Assembly (NCBI GenBank): GCA_030141605.1
Contig: JAQGDQ010002471.1
Location: 1 to 25,006, forward strand
Reading direction: 5' to 3'
DNA length: 25,006 bases
From: Tubiluchus corallicola
Taxonomy: Eukaryota; Animalia; Priapulida
Position 1 is the stretch's first letter; every line of letters starts with the position of its first letter. Shown here one piece after another: positions 8,174-16,953 of this stretch. A program made the translations under genes and the position numbers. The notes under the pieces are model-generated. The model did no database searches and had not been told where the DNA came from. It saw nothing but the letters and a program-made list of their open reading frames with translations.

Positions 8174-8185
8174 ATCCTGTATAAT

Positions 8186-9178
8186 TTACTCCTTCCCTCC
8201 TATTCTATTGCTTTGCTTTTTTTGTTTTGTGTCCCACTCAAAATCATTTTTTAGAATATATAATATTAGCCTTTTGATATCCTTAGTAGTTTTTTTACCA
8301 CTCACTACGTCATCATCCAATTGTGTGCATCTATTATAGCATTGTTGCAGGTGATTGTTTTGATGTAAATGCTGCATTAATTGAGTTGTGCTATCACTAT
8401 AATATACTGAAAAGAATCTTATTAAATAACTGTACATTTCATTCTCTTTCTCTTTTTTGCTTTCATCTTCTTTTCGTCTTACTATCTTAAAGGTGATAGT
8501 ATCAAATGCTCTACTTCCTTTGGATCTGCTTAAAGAGTAATTGAACCATACATCTGCCTTCTCTTTTAATTCCCGCTGCGCATAATCTAATACAAATCGT
8601 TTAAATTCGCTTAACCCCGAATATTTTTTCTCCACATAAAGCATTCTTTTTAATCTTCTCAAATTTACTTCTACTCCTCCTTTATCTACCCATCTACAAC
8701 ATATTTCATACATTCGCTTTGCATGTGAACTCTTCAAGATAAGAGCTATAGTTTTTTGATACTTTGTAAAACCTTTACCAATATAAAGCCACATGGGAAG
8801 TGCCATTTCAGCTATTTCTATTTTTAATAAATCTGTACCATACGGGTGTTCAGCACCTGCTATCATTCCTGTAACCACAACACTTTTTCTCTCTCTTTCT
8901 AAAGATTCATACTCAAACGTTTTTTGAACAATACTTTCTGCTGCATCTACTAAATTTCTATAATCACTTTTTTTCACAAGATGTTTTACACTAATGAAAA
9001 AGGAAATACTCCCTGTAAGTCCCCTCTGTTGAGGTGTCATTTTATCCTGTAAAACAGAAATAATTTCATAAATAATATTCTTTTGCAAAGGAGTAAAATC
9101 ATATCGTGCATTTGTTATATGGTTAGGTTGGATAATTGTATTTTTATTATTATCCTTTACTACAACTGTATTCTTCAT
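8186..9178 (-). CDS. repB: Plasmid replication initiator, Rep_3/RepB family
   Basis: IIQPNHITNARYDFTPLQKNII, GFTKY, LKSSHAKRMYE, FKRFVLDYAQRELKE motifs; adjacent iterons. Confidence 0.92.
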   Translation of the reverse strand: MKNTVVVKDNNKNTIIQPNHITNARYDFTPLQKNIIYEIISVLQDKMTPQQRGLTGSISFFISVKHLVKKSDYRNLVDAAESIVQKTFEYESLERERKSVVVTGMIAGAEHPYGTDLLKIEIAEMALPMWLYIGKGFTKYQKTIALILKSSHAKRMYEICCRWVDKGGVEVNLRRLKRMLYVEKKYSGLSEFKRFVLDYAQRELKEKADVWFNYSLSRSKGSRAFDTITFKIVRRKEDESKKEKENEMYSYLIRFFSVYYSDSTTQLMQHLHQNNHLQQCYNRCTQLDDDVVSGKKTTKDIKRLILYILKNDFEWDTKQKKQSNRIGGKE

Positions 9179-9256
9179 ATATTCTTATTTAAATAATGTA
9201 ATATGCAATGTATAAAAAAACAAAAAGAAAAACAAAAGAAAACTTTTTTTTTCTCC

Positions 9257-9344
9257 TTTGACTGTTATTTTCTCCTGTTTTGACCGCTATTTTCTCCTGT
9301 TTTGACCGTTATTTTCTCCTGTTTTGACCGTTATTTTCTCCTGT
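9257..9344. repeat. Iteron cluster 1: four 22-bp direct repeats
   Basis: TTTGACCGTTATTTTCTCCTGT consensus at 9257, 9279, 9301 and 9323. Confidence 0.93.
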
Positions 9345-9352
9345 TTCAAAAG

Positions 9353-9361
9353 TTATCCACA
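9353..9361 (+). promoter_or_regulatory. DnaA box
   Basis: Perfect TTATCCACA 8 bp after iteron cluster 1. Confidence 0.85.
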
Positions 9362-9583
9362 TCGTAATTCTTTTTAAAACAACGAGTTACAAAAATTTTT
9401 TTTATTGTACAATAGTACTTATAATATACTACAATATACTACTATAAAGCATTTGCTTGAAAATAAGGCGTTTGCTTGAAAATCAAGCAAACATCCTTCA
9501 AATATTATTCGCTAACGCTCATAAACAACCTTAATCAAAGGGAAAAAAGAACGGTTTTTCCCTTTTAACTCATTTCGTCTCTT

Positions 9584-9900
9584 TTATACCGTTATTTTCT
9601 CCTGTTTTGACCGCTATTTTCTCCTGTTTTGACCGTTATTTTCTCCTGTTTTGACCGCTCTTGCCAAATTATGCCTTACAGTGCTTGCCTGTTTTGACCG
9701 TTATTTTCTCCTGTTTTCAAAAGTTATCCACATCGTAATTCTTTTTAAAACAACGAGTTACAAAATTTTTTTTATTGTACAATACCGAAAGAAGAAAGGG
9801 TAATAAAAGATATCCTGTTTTGACCGTTATTTTCTCCTGTTTTGACCGCTCTTGCCAAATTATGCCTTACAGTGCTTGCCTGTTTTGACCGTTATTTTCT
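9584..9900. repeat. Iteron cluster 2 with interspersed gene-derived ~30-nt inserts
   Basis: Iterons at 9584, 9606, 9628, 9693 and 9819 plus partial copies; inserts at 9658-9688, 9785-9813 and 9849-9879. Confidence 0.9.
9724..9732 (+). promoter_or_regulatory. Second DnaA box (in the duplicated block)
   Basis: TTATCCACA. Confidence 0.8.
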
Positions 9901-10009
9901 TATCTTTTAATCTATTTTTACTTCTTTTATGCCGTTATTTTAAAAAAAATTACTATCTTTACTTAACTGAATTAGAAACACTTAATTGAATTATAAAAAA
10001 CAAACTATT

Positions 10010-11002
10010 ATGAAAAAAATATTATTTCTTTTCCCTTTGATTATTATTTTAATCTCTTGCAAGAAAGATAATCCAATACCCATAGAGGAAGTAATAGAAA
10101 ATAAAAACAAATTCCCATTATTAATAACCTTACATAATGGTTTGCAAGTAGATAAATCTCAAAACCTTGATTTTTCATCTTATGATAAGATATATTTTAA
10201 TACATATGATAAATATGCTACTGATTTTCCCAGTGAACATATAAAGTGGAGAGAAGATAGCGCCAAAGTAAAAACAGAAGATAATTACTCCACAGGCTAT
10301 ACTATTAACTTTAAATTAGATACAACAGACAAAGAATGTAAAAAACAATATATAACTGAATTTTCGTTTTATTTGTTAGATACTATGAAAATAACGGGAG
10401 ATATAGGAGAGGGAGAGGGACAATATTATGAAGTAAAAACAATAATGCAGAAAAAAGAACTAAATGTCAAAGAGTATTTTTTAAAATTTTATCCCGATAC
10501 AACAGGAATATATTATTATCGTCTAAGCGTAAAAAATAATTATGGTAAGGTTATTAATGCTAACATTAGATTAAATGTATTTGATAACATCCCTCCTATT
10601 CCCTATGTCAATATAAAATGGATATCAAACTCTAATAATAGTGGTAATTATCCAAATAGCAGTTATGTATTTGATGTTATATTAGATAGTTGTAAAGACG
10701 GAGATGATTATTACGGAGGTAAAATTGTTAATACAAACATCCTTTTTGAACACTTACCAAGTTCTGGAAATTTAAAGAACGAAACAAAAACTTTTGAAAA
10801 TTGTAATTTAAATGAAATTATCAATATTACACAAGATGAATGGAGATTTGGACAGAATGATACTATTGCTATAACAACGACAGTTACAGATGATAATGGA
10901 GCTGTAACAAGCGAATTTTTAAAAATATATGCTCTATTCCCAAGTGAACAAACAGAAGAGGAGAAGATACGTGTCTTGAAAAGAATAATAACAATTAAAT
11001 AA
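10010..11002 (+). CDS. Lipoprotein with a C-terminal PKD/Ig-like domain
   Basis: Type II signal MKKILFLFPLIIILIS-C-KKD (ATG at 10010); N.PP...D.D..YGG.I...VTDDNGA pattern. Confidence 0.85.
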   Translation: MKKILFLFPLIIILISCKKDNPIPIEEVIENKNKFPLLITLHNGLQVDKSQNLDFSSYDKIYFNTYDKYATDFPSEHIKWREDSAKVKTEDNYSTGYTINFKLDTTDKECKKQYITEFSFYLLDTMKITGDIGEGEGQYYEVKTIMQKKELNVKEYFLKFYPDTTGIYYYRLSVKNNYGKVINANIRLNVFDNIPPIPYVNIKWISNSNNSGNYPNSSYVFDVILDSCKDGDDYYGGKIVNTNILFEHLPSSGNLKNETKTFENCNLNEIINITQDEWRFGQNDTIAITTTVTDDNGAVTSEFLKIYALFPSEQTEEEKIRVLKRIITIK

Positions 11003-11010
11003 TTATTGTC

Positions 11011-13950
11011 ATGAAAAAATTAATTTTATCTTTTTTGCTTACAAACATTATAGCATTTACCACAGCTCAAACATCAATTGTTACTATTAATTGTGGTAGT
11101 CCCACTATTGGTGCATCAGCTCATGCCACAAGTGTTGTTATAACAGAAAATCTAACCTTACGTCCAAACTATAACTATACTTTGAAATATGAAGATTATA
11201 TTAATTTTATTGTTAATTTACCCAATGGAAAAAGTTTTAATGTCTCGTCAGGTGAAGGAAATATCGGAGGAATCTCACTTAATAATTTATGTTCAACAGG
11301 CAGAATTGTTCAACAAATAATAATTTCTAAGACTAATTCACAAGTTTCTGTTAATGGAAACAACGGAGTAAATAAAACTTATGAAAAAACAGTTAATTTG
11401 CCATTGTCTGTATTCTCTTTATGGGAAGACTATACAGCCCCAATGACTACTAATACGACAGTTACAGTAACTGTGAAAATTAATGTGTCATTCGCATTTG
11501 AAGATTATCGAAATATACCTAATGCCATTACTTCTTTTGATCAAGCAGTGATAACAGAAAAAACATGTAATAACATAAAGTTTACAAAAAAAGATCCATA
11601 TAATTTTTATTCAAAATATTTATGGTACGAAGGAAATACGAAAGAAGACGAAAATTTAGAATGGACACATGATATTAGTAACAAATTAAATCAAGAAATT
11701 ACTTTTGGGATTCAGGAAGACCCCGAAGCATACTATGGTTATTCAAAAAGTCAAATTTTTACAAAAAAGATAACTGCCCCCACTCCTACTCTCCCTAATC
11801 CAAAGATAAAAATTACTTCCAATACTACCAATACAACATATTTTCTTAATGATGGGGTAAGATTTTTTGATTTAACAGAAGATGAAAATTTTTCATTAAA
11901 GATAGATGAAAACATAAACTACAGTTCAAAAGTGAAAATAATATGGGAAAAGAGAGATAAAGGCTCAAACGATTGGCAACAGATATCTTATATGTTATGG
12001 AGTAATGGAGGCAACATACTTAATCATGTTGCAGATGTAAATATAGATGCAATACGTTATATATTAATTTACGAACACAACGAAAATGATTGGAACTGTG
12101 CTGTTTCCACACGACAAAGCCAACAATTAAATTTAAATGTGCTCAAAAAACCAATGTTAGTGATAACACCTACTACCGCAACTGAATTATGTGTCGGTGA
12201 AAAATTAATAATAGAAGCCCCTACAAAACAAAACGTAACTCATATTTTAGGTTGGTATAAAGATGATATAAAAATAAATGAAAATGAAAATATAACAATA
12301 AATCCAATTGATTGGACATTAACAGTAAATAATGTTGGAGAAGAAGAAGAAGGCAATTATTACTTTAAAGGTTATAATACATATATATATAATGAAAATG
12401 AATCTAATGAAGTAACTATTAATATACACAGCATACCTATTAAACCAAAACTATACGGAGCTATATATCCATTGACTGAAGGAATAAATGAAAAACAATA
12501 TATGGACACTGTTCATGTAATTGATAGCTACCATACAAAAATTTTTATCAATAATGCTAATGCTGAAGAAAAAGAATATGTATGGAAAAAAGAAAATGAA
12601 GATTTTATAACCACAACAGAAAACTATATACATATATATCCTTTTAACACAAATAATGAAGGAAACTATTCTGTATTTAAAGTATCAGAGGCAAACAAGT
12701 GTACAAGTGAAGTAACAAATATATATCTTAACTTTGTACCCAATATAAAGAATATAATTTTAAATGCTCCTGATGAAATCACTATTGAGCCGAAGGAAGA
12801 AAGGGTAATAAAAGATATAGAACCATATAATGTAAATCATAGAAATAAAATAACATATCAATTTATAGATTATAACGATAATTCTATTTTTGCAACAGGT
12901 GATAGCCTTATTCTCACTCCAGAACTTATACTTACACGCCCAATGATAAAAATAAAAGCTATTAGTGATGATGAAGATACATTTAAAGAAAAGTTATTAA
13001 AAATAAATTTATCAAAATTGGAAATTGAGAATATAGACATAGAAATATCTAAAAATGGTGAGAACATAGAATATAATGATAGAATAGAGGTGGTACAAGG
13101 AACAGAGCTAACTTTTATTCTAATAGGAGATGAAAGTATAGATGGCATTATGAATAACTCAAATATTTCATGGTATGTAGAGAGCCTAAAAACACCGTCT
13201 GTACAAGATACTGGAATGATAAATCTTATTTATCCTTTTAATAATGCAGGCAATTACATTGTAAGAGCGGGAATAAATGGGAATATGTTTAATACTGACA
13301 TTGATGAGACAAGCCCAAGTGTAATAATTAATGTAACTCCTGCTACTTTATCTAACCTAAAAGTAATAGCATTACTTGACGATGAAGAAATTGAAGAAAA
13401 TATCGAAATAAAACGAGGTACAGAAATAAGTTTTATACTTCAATATAACGAAACAAATCAAATTATTAAAAATGCAAAAATAACATGGCAACTTGAAAAA
13501 GAAAATGGATGGGTAATAGATGATATTGGATGGACAACTGTACATCATTTCTTCAATAGTATTGGAAACTTTGAAGTGAAAGCAAAGATTGAAGGTGAAT
13601 TTTTCAACACAGAAATAATAGAAGAAACACATCCATTTCAAGTTAATGTAGTATTACCTGAGGGTACTATAAAAAATGCAGAGTTAGGCGGCGAAGATGA
13701 TATAATATTATATCCTAACCCCTTCACTACACATCTTCACACAAAAATTTTTGTAGAAAAAAGCCAAGAAATACTTATATCCATTTTTAAAAATGGTATT
13801 TTCATTGATAGACAAATAATTAATGTTGTTGGTGGTATTAATAACACTATAAAAATCAATACACAAAGAGTAACAGAAGCGGGGATTTACATCATAAAAC
13901 TACAAAACATACAAGGACTTGACAAAACAATAAGAGTCATTAAACAATAA
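11011..13950 (+). CDS. T9SS-secreted surface protein with Ig/PKD-like repeats (putative adhesin)
   Basis: Signal peptide; Ig-like WYKD...EGNY, YVWKK...EGNYSV and two PKD-like repeats; type A CTD ILYPNPF...GIYIIKL...TIRVIKQ. Confidence 0.9.
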   Translation: MKKLILSFLLTNIIAFTTAQTSIVTINCGSPTIGASAHATSVVITENLTLRPNYNYTLKYEDYINFIVNLPNGKSFNVSSGEGNIGGISLNNLCSTGRIVQQIIISKTNSQVSVNGNNGVNKTYEKTVNLPLSVFSLWEDYTAPMTTNTTVTVTVKINVSFAFEDYRNIPNAITSFDQAVITEKTCNNIKFTKKDPYNFYSKYLWYEGNTKEDENLEWTHDISNKLNQEITFGIQEDPEAYYGYSKSQIFTKKITAPTPTLPNPKIKITSNTTNTTYFLNDGVRFFDLTEDENFSLKIDENINYSSKVKIIWEKRDKGSNDWQQISYMLWSNGGNILNHVADVNIDAIRYILIYEHNENDWNCAVSTRQSQQLNLNVLKKPMLVITPTTATELCVGEKLIIEAPTKQNVTHILGWYKDDIKINENENITINPIDWTLTVNNVGEEEEGNYYFKGYNTYIYNENESNEVTINIHSIPIKPKLYGAIYPLTEGINEKQYMDTVHVIDSYHTKIFINNANAEEKEYVWKKENEDFITTTENYIHIYPFNTNNEGNYSVFKVSEANKCTSEVTNIYLNFVPNIKNIILNAPDEITIEPKEERVIKDIEPYNVNHRNKITYQFIDYNDNSIFATGDSLILTPELILTRPMIKIKAISDDEDTFKEKLLKINLSKLEIENIDIEISKNGENIEYNDRIEVVQGTELTFILIGDESIDGIMNNSNISWYVESLKTPSVQDTGMINLIYPFNNAGNYIVRAGINGNMFNTDIDETSPSVIINVTPATLSNLKVIALLDDEEIEENIEIKRGTEISFILQYNETNQIIKNAKITWQLEKENGWVIDDIGWTTVHHFFNSIGNFEVKAKIEGEFFNTEIIEETHPFQVNVVLPEGTIKNAELGGEDDIILYPNPFTTHLHTKIFVEKSQEILISIFKNGIFIDRQIINVVGGINNTIKINTQRVTEAGIYIIKLQNIQGLDKTIRVIKQ

Positions 13951-13972
13951 CATCACATAAAATTATTATAAC

Positions 13973-14779
13973 ATGAAAAAAATATATATAGTAATTCTTT
14001 TATTACCTTTTACCATCGCTGCTTGTGATCAAACAGAAAAATGGATAAATAGCTATAATGATAAAAATGGAAGAATGACCATTAAAATAAATACTAATCT
14101 GAAAGAGGAATATTTAAACGCTAACGCTGAAAACTACTTACCCATCATAGACTCGGGCAAAGTTTCAAAAATTGTTAATGACACAATCTTAACTGATAAT
14201 CGTTATATACTGCAAATAGAAGCTATTGAAAAAGTCAATAACTTTCATAGCATAAAAGTTCAAAACATTAATGGTGAAGGCATATTTTACGTGGACTTAA
14301 AAAAGATAAATGAAAACGAAAAAATTGTACTTACAGATAAAAAAACACTATTACATTACATTTCTCTTAACCCAACACTGAATGTTTTTAAAATTGAAAT
14401 ATCAGATACTTTTGGAAAAGTATACACAATCATTGATAGTGTATATATGATAGCCAACAAACCACCGAGAGTATCATTTACTATTTCTAATAATAAAGAT
14501 AAAGACAAAAACGAACAAAAATATTTTATAATAACTAATGATATTGTAGACACAGATGCTCACATTGGCGGTTATATTCATTCATTACTATATGAAATAA
14601 AAGTGTATAACGACAATGAAGATTTATTATATGAAAAAAATATTACCAGTACACCGACTGAAACGTTAGAATTTTTCATTCCACAAAAATATACAGGTAA
14701 AACATTACGAATAAAAGTTATAGCTACTGATAATGACTTTGATACTGCTCATGATACAAAAAATATTATAATAGGTTAA
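13973..14779 (+). CDS. Lipoprotein with a PKD/Ig-like domain, distant paralogue of 10010-11002
   Basis: MKKIYIVILLLPFTIAA-C; NKPP...DTD..IGGYI...ATDND pattern. Confidence 0.85.
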   Translation: MKKIYIVILLLPFTIAACDQTEKWINSYNDKNGRMTIKINTNLKEEYLNANAENYLPIIDSGKVSKIVNDTILTDNRYILQIEAIEKVNNFHSIKVQNINGEGIFYVDLKKINENEKIVLTDKKTLLHYISLNPTLNVFKIEISDTFGKVYTIIDSVYMIANKPPRVSFTISNNKDKDKNEQKYFIITNDIVDTDAHIGGYIHSLLYEIKVYNDNEDLLYEKNITSTPTETLEFFIPQKYTGKTLRIKVIATDNDFDTAHDTKNIIIG

Positions 14780-14854
14780 TATAATATAATTAAATTTTTA
14801 ATTCTCAGCTTTTTATGTTATCATTGTATCTTACTATTATAAAATAATATTACT

Positions 14855-15211
14855 ATGTCTAAAAATAAGGAAAAAACTCAAGAACAAGCAGAAAAAAACC
14901 CTTTAGAGAACCAACCTAAAGTAGAACCAAATCGTTTCAACACAGCTTCTACCAAAAATGAACAAGCAGAAAAAAACCCTTTAGAGAACCAACCTAAAGT
15001 AGAACTAAATCGTTTCAACACAGCTTCTACCAAAAATGAACAAGCAGAAAAAAACCCTTTAGAGAACCAACCTAAAGTAGAGAACCAACCTAAAGTAGAG
15101 AACCAACCTAAAGTAGAACCAAATCGTTTCGACACAGCTTCTACCAAAAGTAACGCTGAAAAAAGAAAAACAAAAAATCATTCCTCAAAAAAGAACACAA
15201 GAGATAAATAA
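14855..15211 (+). CDS. Small hydrophilic repeat protein
   Basis: ATG after an A/T-rich leader; repeat units are multiples of 3 and keep the frame. Confidence 0.65.
   Translation: MSKNKEKTQEQAEKNPLENQPKVEPNRFNTASTKNEQAEKNPLENQPKVELNRFNTASTKNEQAEKNPLENQPKVENQPKVENQPKVEPNRFDTASTKSNAEKRKTKNHSSKKNTRDK
14882..15151. repeat. 78-bp tandem repeat x3 with a nested 18-bp triplication
   Basis: Units start at 14882, 14960 and 15038; GAGAACCAACCTAAAGTA x3 in the third unit. Confidence 0.95.
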
Positions 15212-15743
15212 TATACAATAATAATGAAACAACAAAAATCCCCCAAGACCAATTAAAACAAGTAGATCTTTTGGAATCTAAGTCTTCATTATGTTTTATA
15301 ATAAGATAATAAATTTGAATAGCAATGTTCAGCAACCCTTTTTCGTGAGAACCTTTTTCTTCACAAAGTTTCTTATAAAAAGAAGTATCTTTTAAAAAGT
15401 TAGGAGTTCCTATACCATTTATGCCTTTATCTTTTATAAATAAAACAGGATATATAAAACATAATTCCAAGAGCAGAAAAATTAGGATACCTATTAGTAT
15501 AAAAAGTTCTTCCGTACTATTTTTTATAATAAAATAAGAAACAGTAAGTACAACGGTTAATAACAACCATCCTTTATCTGCTGTCCTTCTAATATTTATT
15601 GAAACTTCTGATGAGTATTGTTTTGCTTCTTTTAAAATTAACTTTAAACTACCTTTATCATGTTTAGACAATTTAATATCTAAATCTTTTAACTCTTTTG
15701 TTATTCTCTTTTTTTGTTTGTTCCCCTTTTTAAATAAATCCAT
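15141..15743 (-). CDS. Three-TM membrane protein
   Basis: Two central TM helices and one C-terminal TM helix; directly downstream of traM. Confidence 0.75.
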   Translation of the reverse strand: MDLFKKGNKQKKRITKELKDLDIKLSKHDKGSLKLILKEAKQYSSEVSINIRRTADKGWLLLTVVLTVSYFIIKNSTEELFILIGILIFLLLELCFIYPVLFIKDKGINGIGTPNFLKDTSFYKKLCEEKGSHEKGLLNIAIQIYYLIIKHNEDLDSKRSTCFNWSWGIFVVSLLLYIIYLLCSFLRNDFLFFFFQRYFW

Positions 15744-15762
15744 ATATCATAATATATAAAAA

Positions 15763-16722
15763 TTACCTCAAATAAATTACATAACCATCATCCACTGTTA
15801 TTGTAAGTGTTTCATATTTCTTTGCCAATTGTACAGCATCTTGATATAACGCTGATGACATACCTGTGTTATCTATCGTACTTAATGCACTACCTACAAC
15901 ATTATCTCTTCTATTCTTACCTACTCTATTAACATTATCTTTTTGTAATTCTTTATTCTTATCTGAAATAATATTTAAACCACGTAATCCATCTATATCA
16001 TACGCTTCAAAATGAAAATTCAAATATTTACCTTCATATAATAAATTGGAAAAAACAACAATTAGTCTATTTCCTGAGAGACGACAAATGCCTTTTAACC
16101 TTGTATTCTTCTTAATAATAGTTCCATCATCAAGTTTCAAATCTTTTAACAATCTAATACTAAAATACCCTTCATGTTTTACTTCTTGACGACCAAAGGC
16201 ACACGCCTTTATTGTTTTATCATCATTAACATCAATACTTTCAAGCTGTATAGTTTCCTTATTATCATTAAAAACCATACTTTTTGTTGTTGAAGTAGAA
16301 TTTCTCTCTACTTCATTATTAACAGTAATAGTATCTATATGTGGTACAATTCTTTTTTTAAAACCACTATTTGATTTTACTTTTTTCTCTCCCTTTGATT
16401 CTCCCTTTTTTTCATCATCATTTTTCTTTCTATTTATCTCTAATGAAAAATCAATATGCTTACCATCCTTTCTTAAACTATCTTGCTTATCTTGTTTTTC
16501 ACGTGCTGCCCGAGACTTATACATCTCAATTTTATTTTCCGTCTCTGTTATTTCTTTATCTGCTGGTAAATTACCTTTAAATTCAAACGTATTGTAATTC
16601 CTCACCTCTTGCTCATCATTAAAAATAGAGCTAAAAACATACACCATAACTACAATTATTAATAAAACCACAAAAGCAACGCTTGGCAGTAAAATGTATT
16701 TTATTTTATCCTTTTTATTCAC
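15763..16722 (-). CDS. traM: Conjugative transfer protein TraM (VirB10-like)
   Basis: N-terminal TM; TIKAC...Q.V......IRLL, IIKKNT.L.G, NRL, AYDIDGLRGLNI, DGYVIYL. Confidence 0.88.
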   Translation of the reverse strand: MNKKDKIKYILLPSVAFVVLLIIVVMVYVFSSIFNDEQEVRNYNTFEFKGNLPADKEITETENKIEMYKSRAAREKQDKQDSLRKDGKHIDFSLEINRKKNDDEKKGESKGEKKVKSNSGFKKRIVPHIDTITVNNEVERNSTSTTKSMVFNDNKETIQLESIDVNDDKTIKACAFGRQEVKHEGYFSIRLLKDLKLDDGTIIKKNTRLKGICRLSGNRLIVVFSNLLYEGKYLNFHFEAYDIDGLRGLNIISDKNKELQKDNVNRVGKNRRDNVVGSALSTIDNTGMSSALYQDAVQLAKKYETLTITVDDGYVIYLR

Positions 16723-16952
16723 TAAAATCTTATTTTTATTTTATCCTTTTTTTTAAATCCTTTTTCTGTTCTTTTTAAAAGAATAAATATTCCACCAACA
16801 ATTATTACGATAGCAAATGTTTTTTTTAAAGAAAATTGCATAAAAATTATAAAAGATGAAAGCAACAGTATAACTCCAAACATCAATCCTTTCAAAAAGG
16901 ATAAACCAAATATACTCATTGGTTTATTAATATTTTTATAATTTTTATACAT
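16722..16952 (-). CDS. traF: TraF/VirB3-like small membrane protein (DUF4133-like)
   Basis: MYKNYKNINKPMSIFGL followed by two TMs; follows the pilin; ATG at 16952 preferred. Confidence 0.65.
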   Translation of the reverse strand: MYKNYKNINKPMSIFGLSFLKGLMFGVILLLSSFIIFMQFSLKKTFAIVIIVGGIFILLKRTEKGFKKKDKIKIRF

Positions 16953-16953
16953 T

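Larger units (their letters stand above)
9257..9941. other. Plasmid origin of replication (iterons, DnaA boxes, AT-rich tracts, palindromes), internally rearranged
   Basis: Directly upstream of rep; iterons, two DnaA boxes, palindrome GTTTGCTTGA-aaa-TCAAGCAAAC (9470-9492), hairpin AAAGGGAAAAA..TTTTTCCCTTT. Confidence 0.85.

Noticed and set aside
9257-9900. Canonical CRISPR array
   Set aside because: Repeats are mostly head-to-tail 22-mers next to rep and DnaA boxes, i.e. iterons. There are only two distinct inserts and no cas genes, so it is reported as an unusual repeat-insert structure instead.
9986-10009. Upstream TTG start for the first lipoprotein
   Set aside because: The ATG at 10010 gives a canonical MKK lipoprotein signal peptide
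12451-14553. Minus-strand ORFs within the surface-protein operon
   Set aside because: Antisense shadows
14878-15147. Minus-strand 89-aa ORF (STLGWF repeats)
   Set aside because: Kept open only by the repeat; the plus-strand ORF has the better start context, though this is not proven
16381-16410. ~15-bp match (reverse complement AGAATCAAAGGGAGA) to 3704-3718
   Set aside because: Low-complexity purine tract; likely chance
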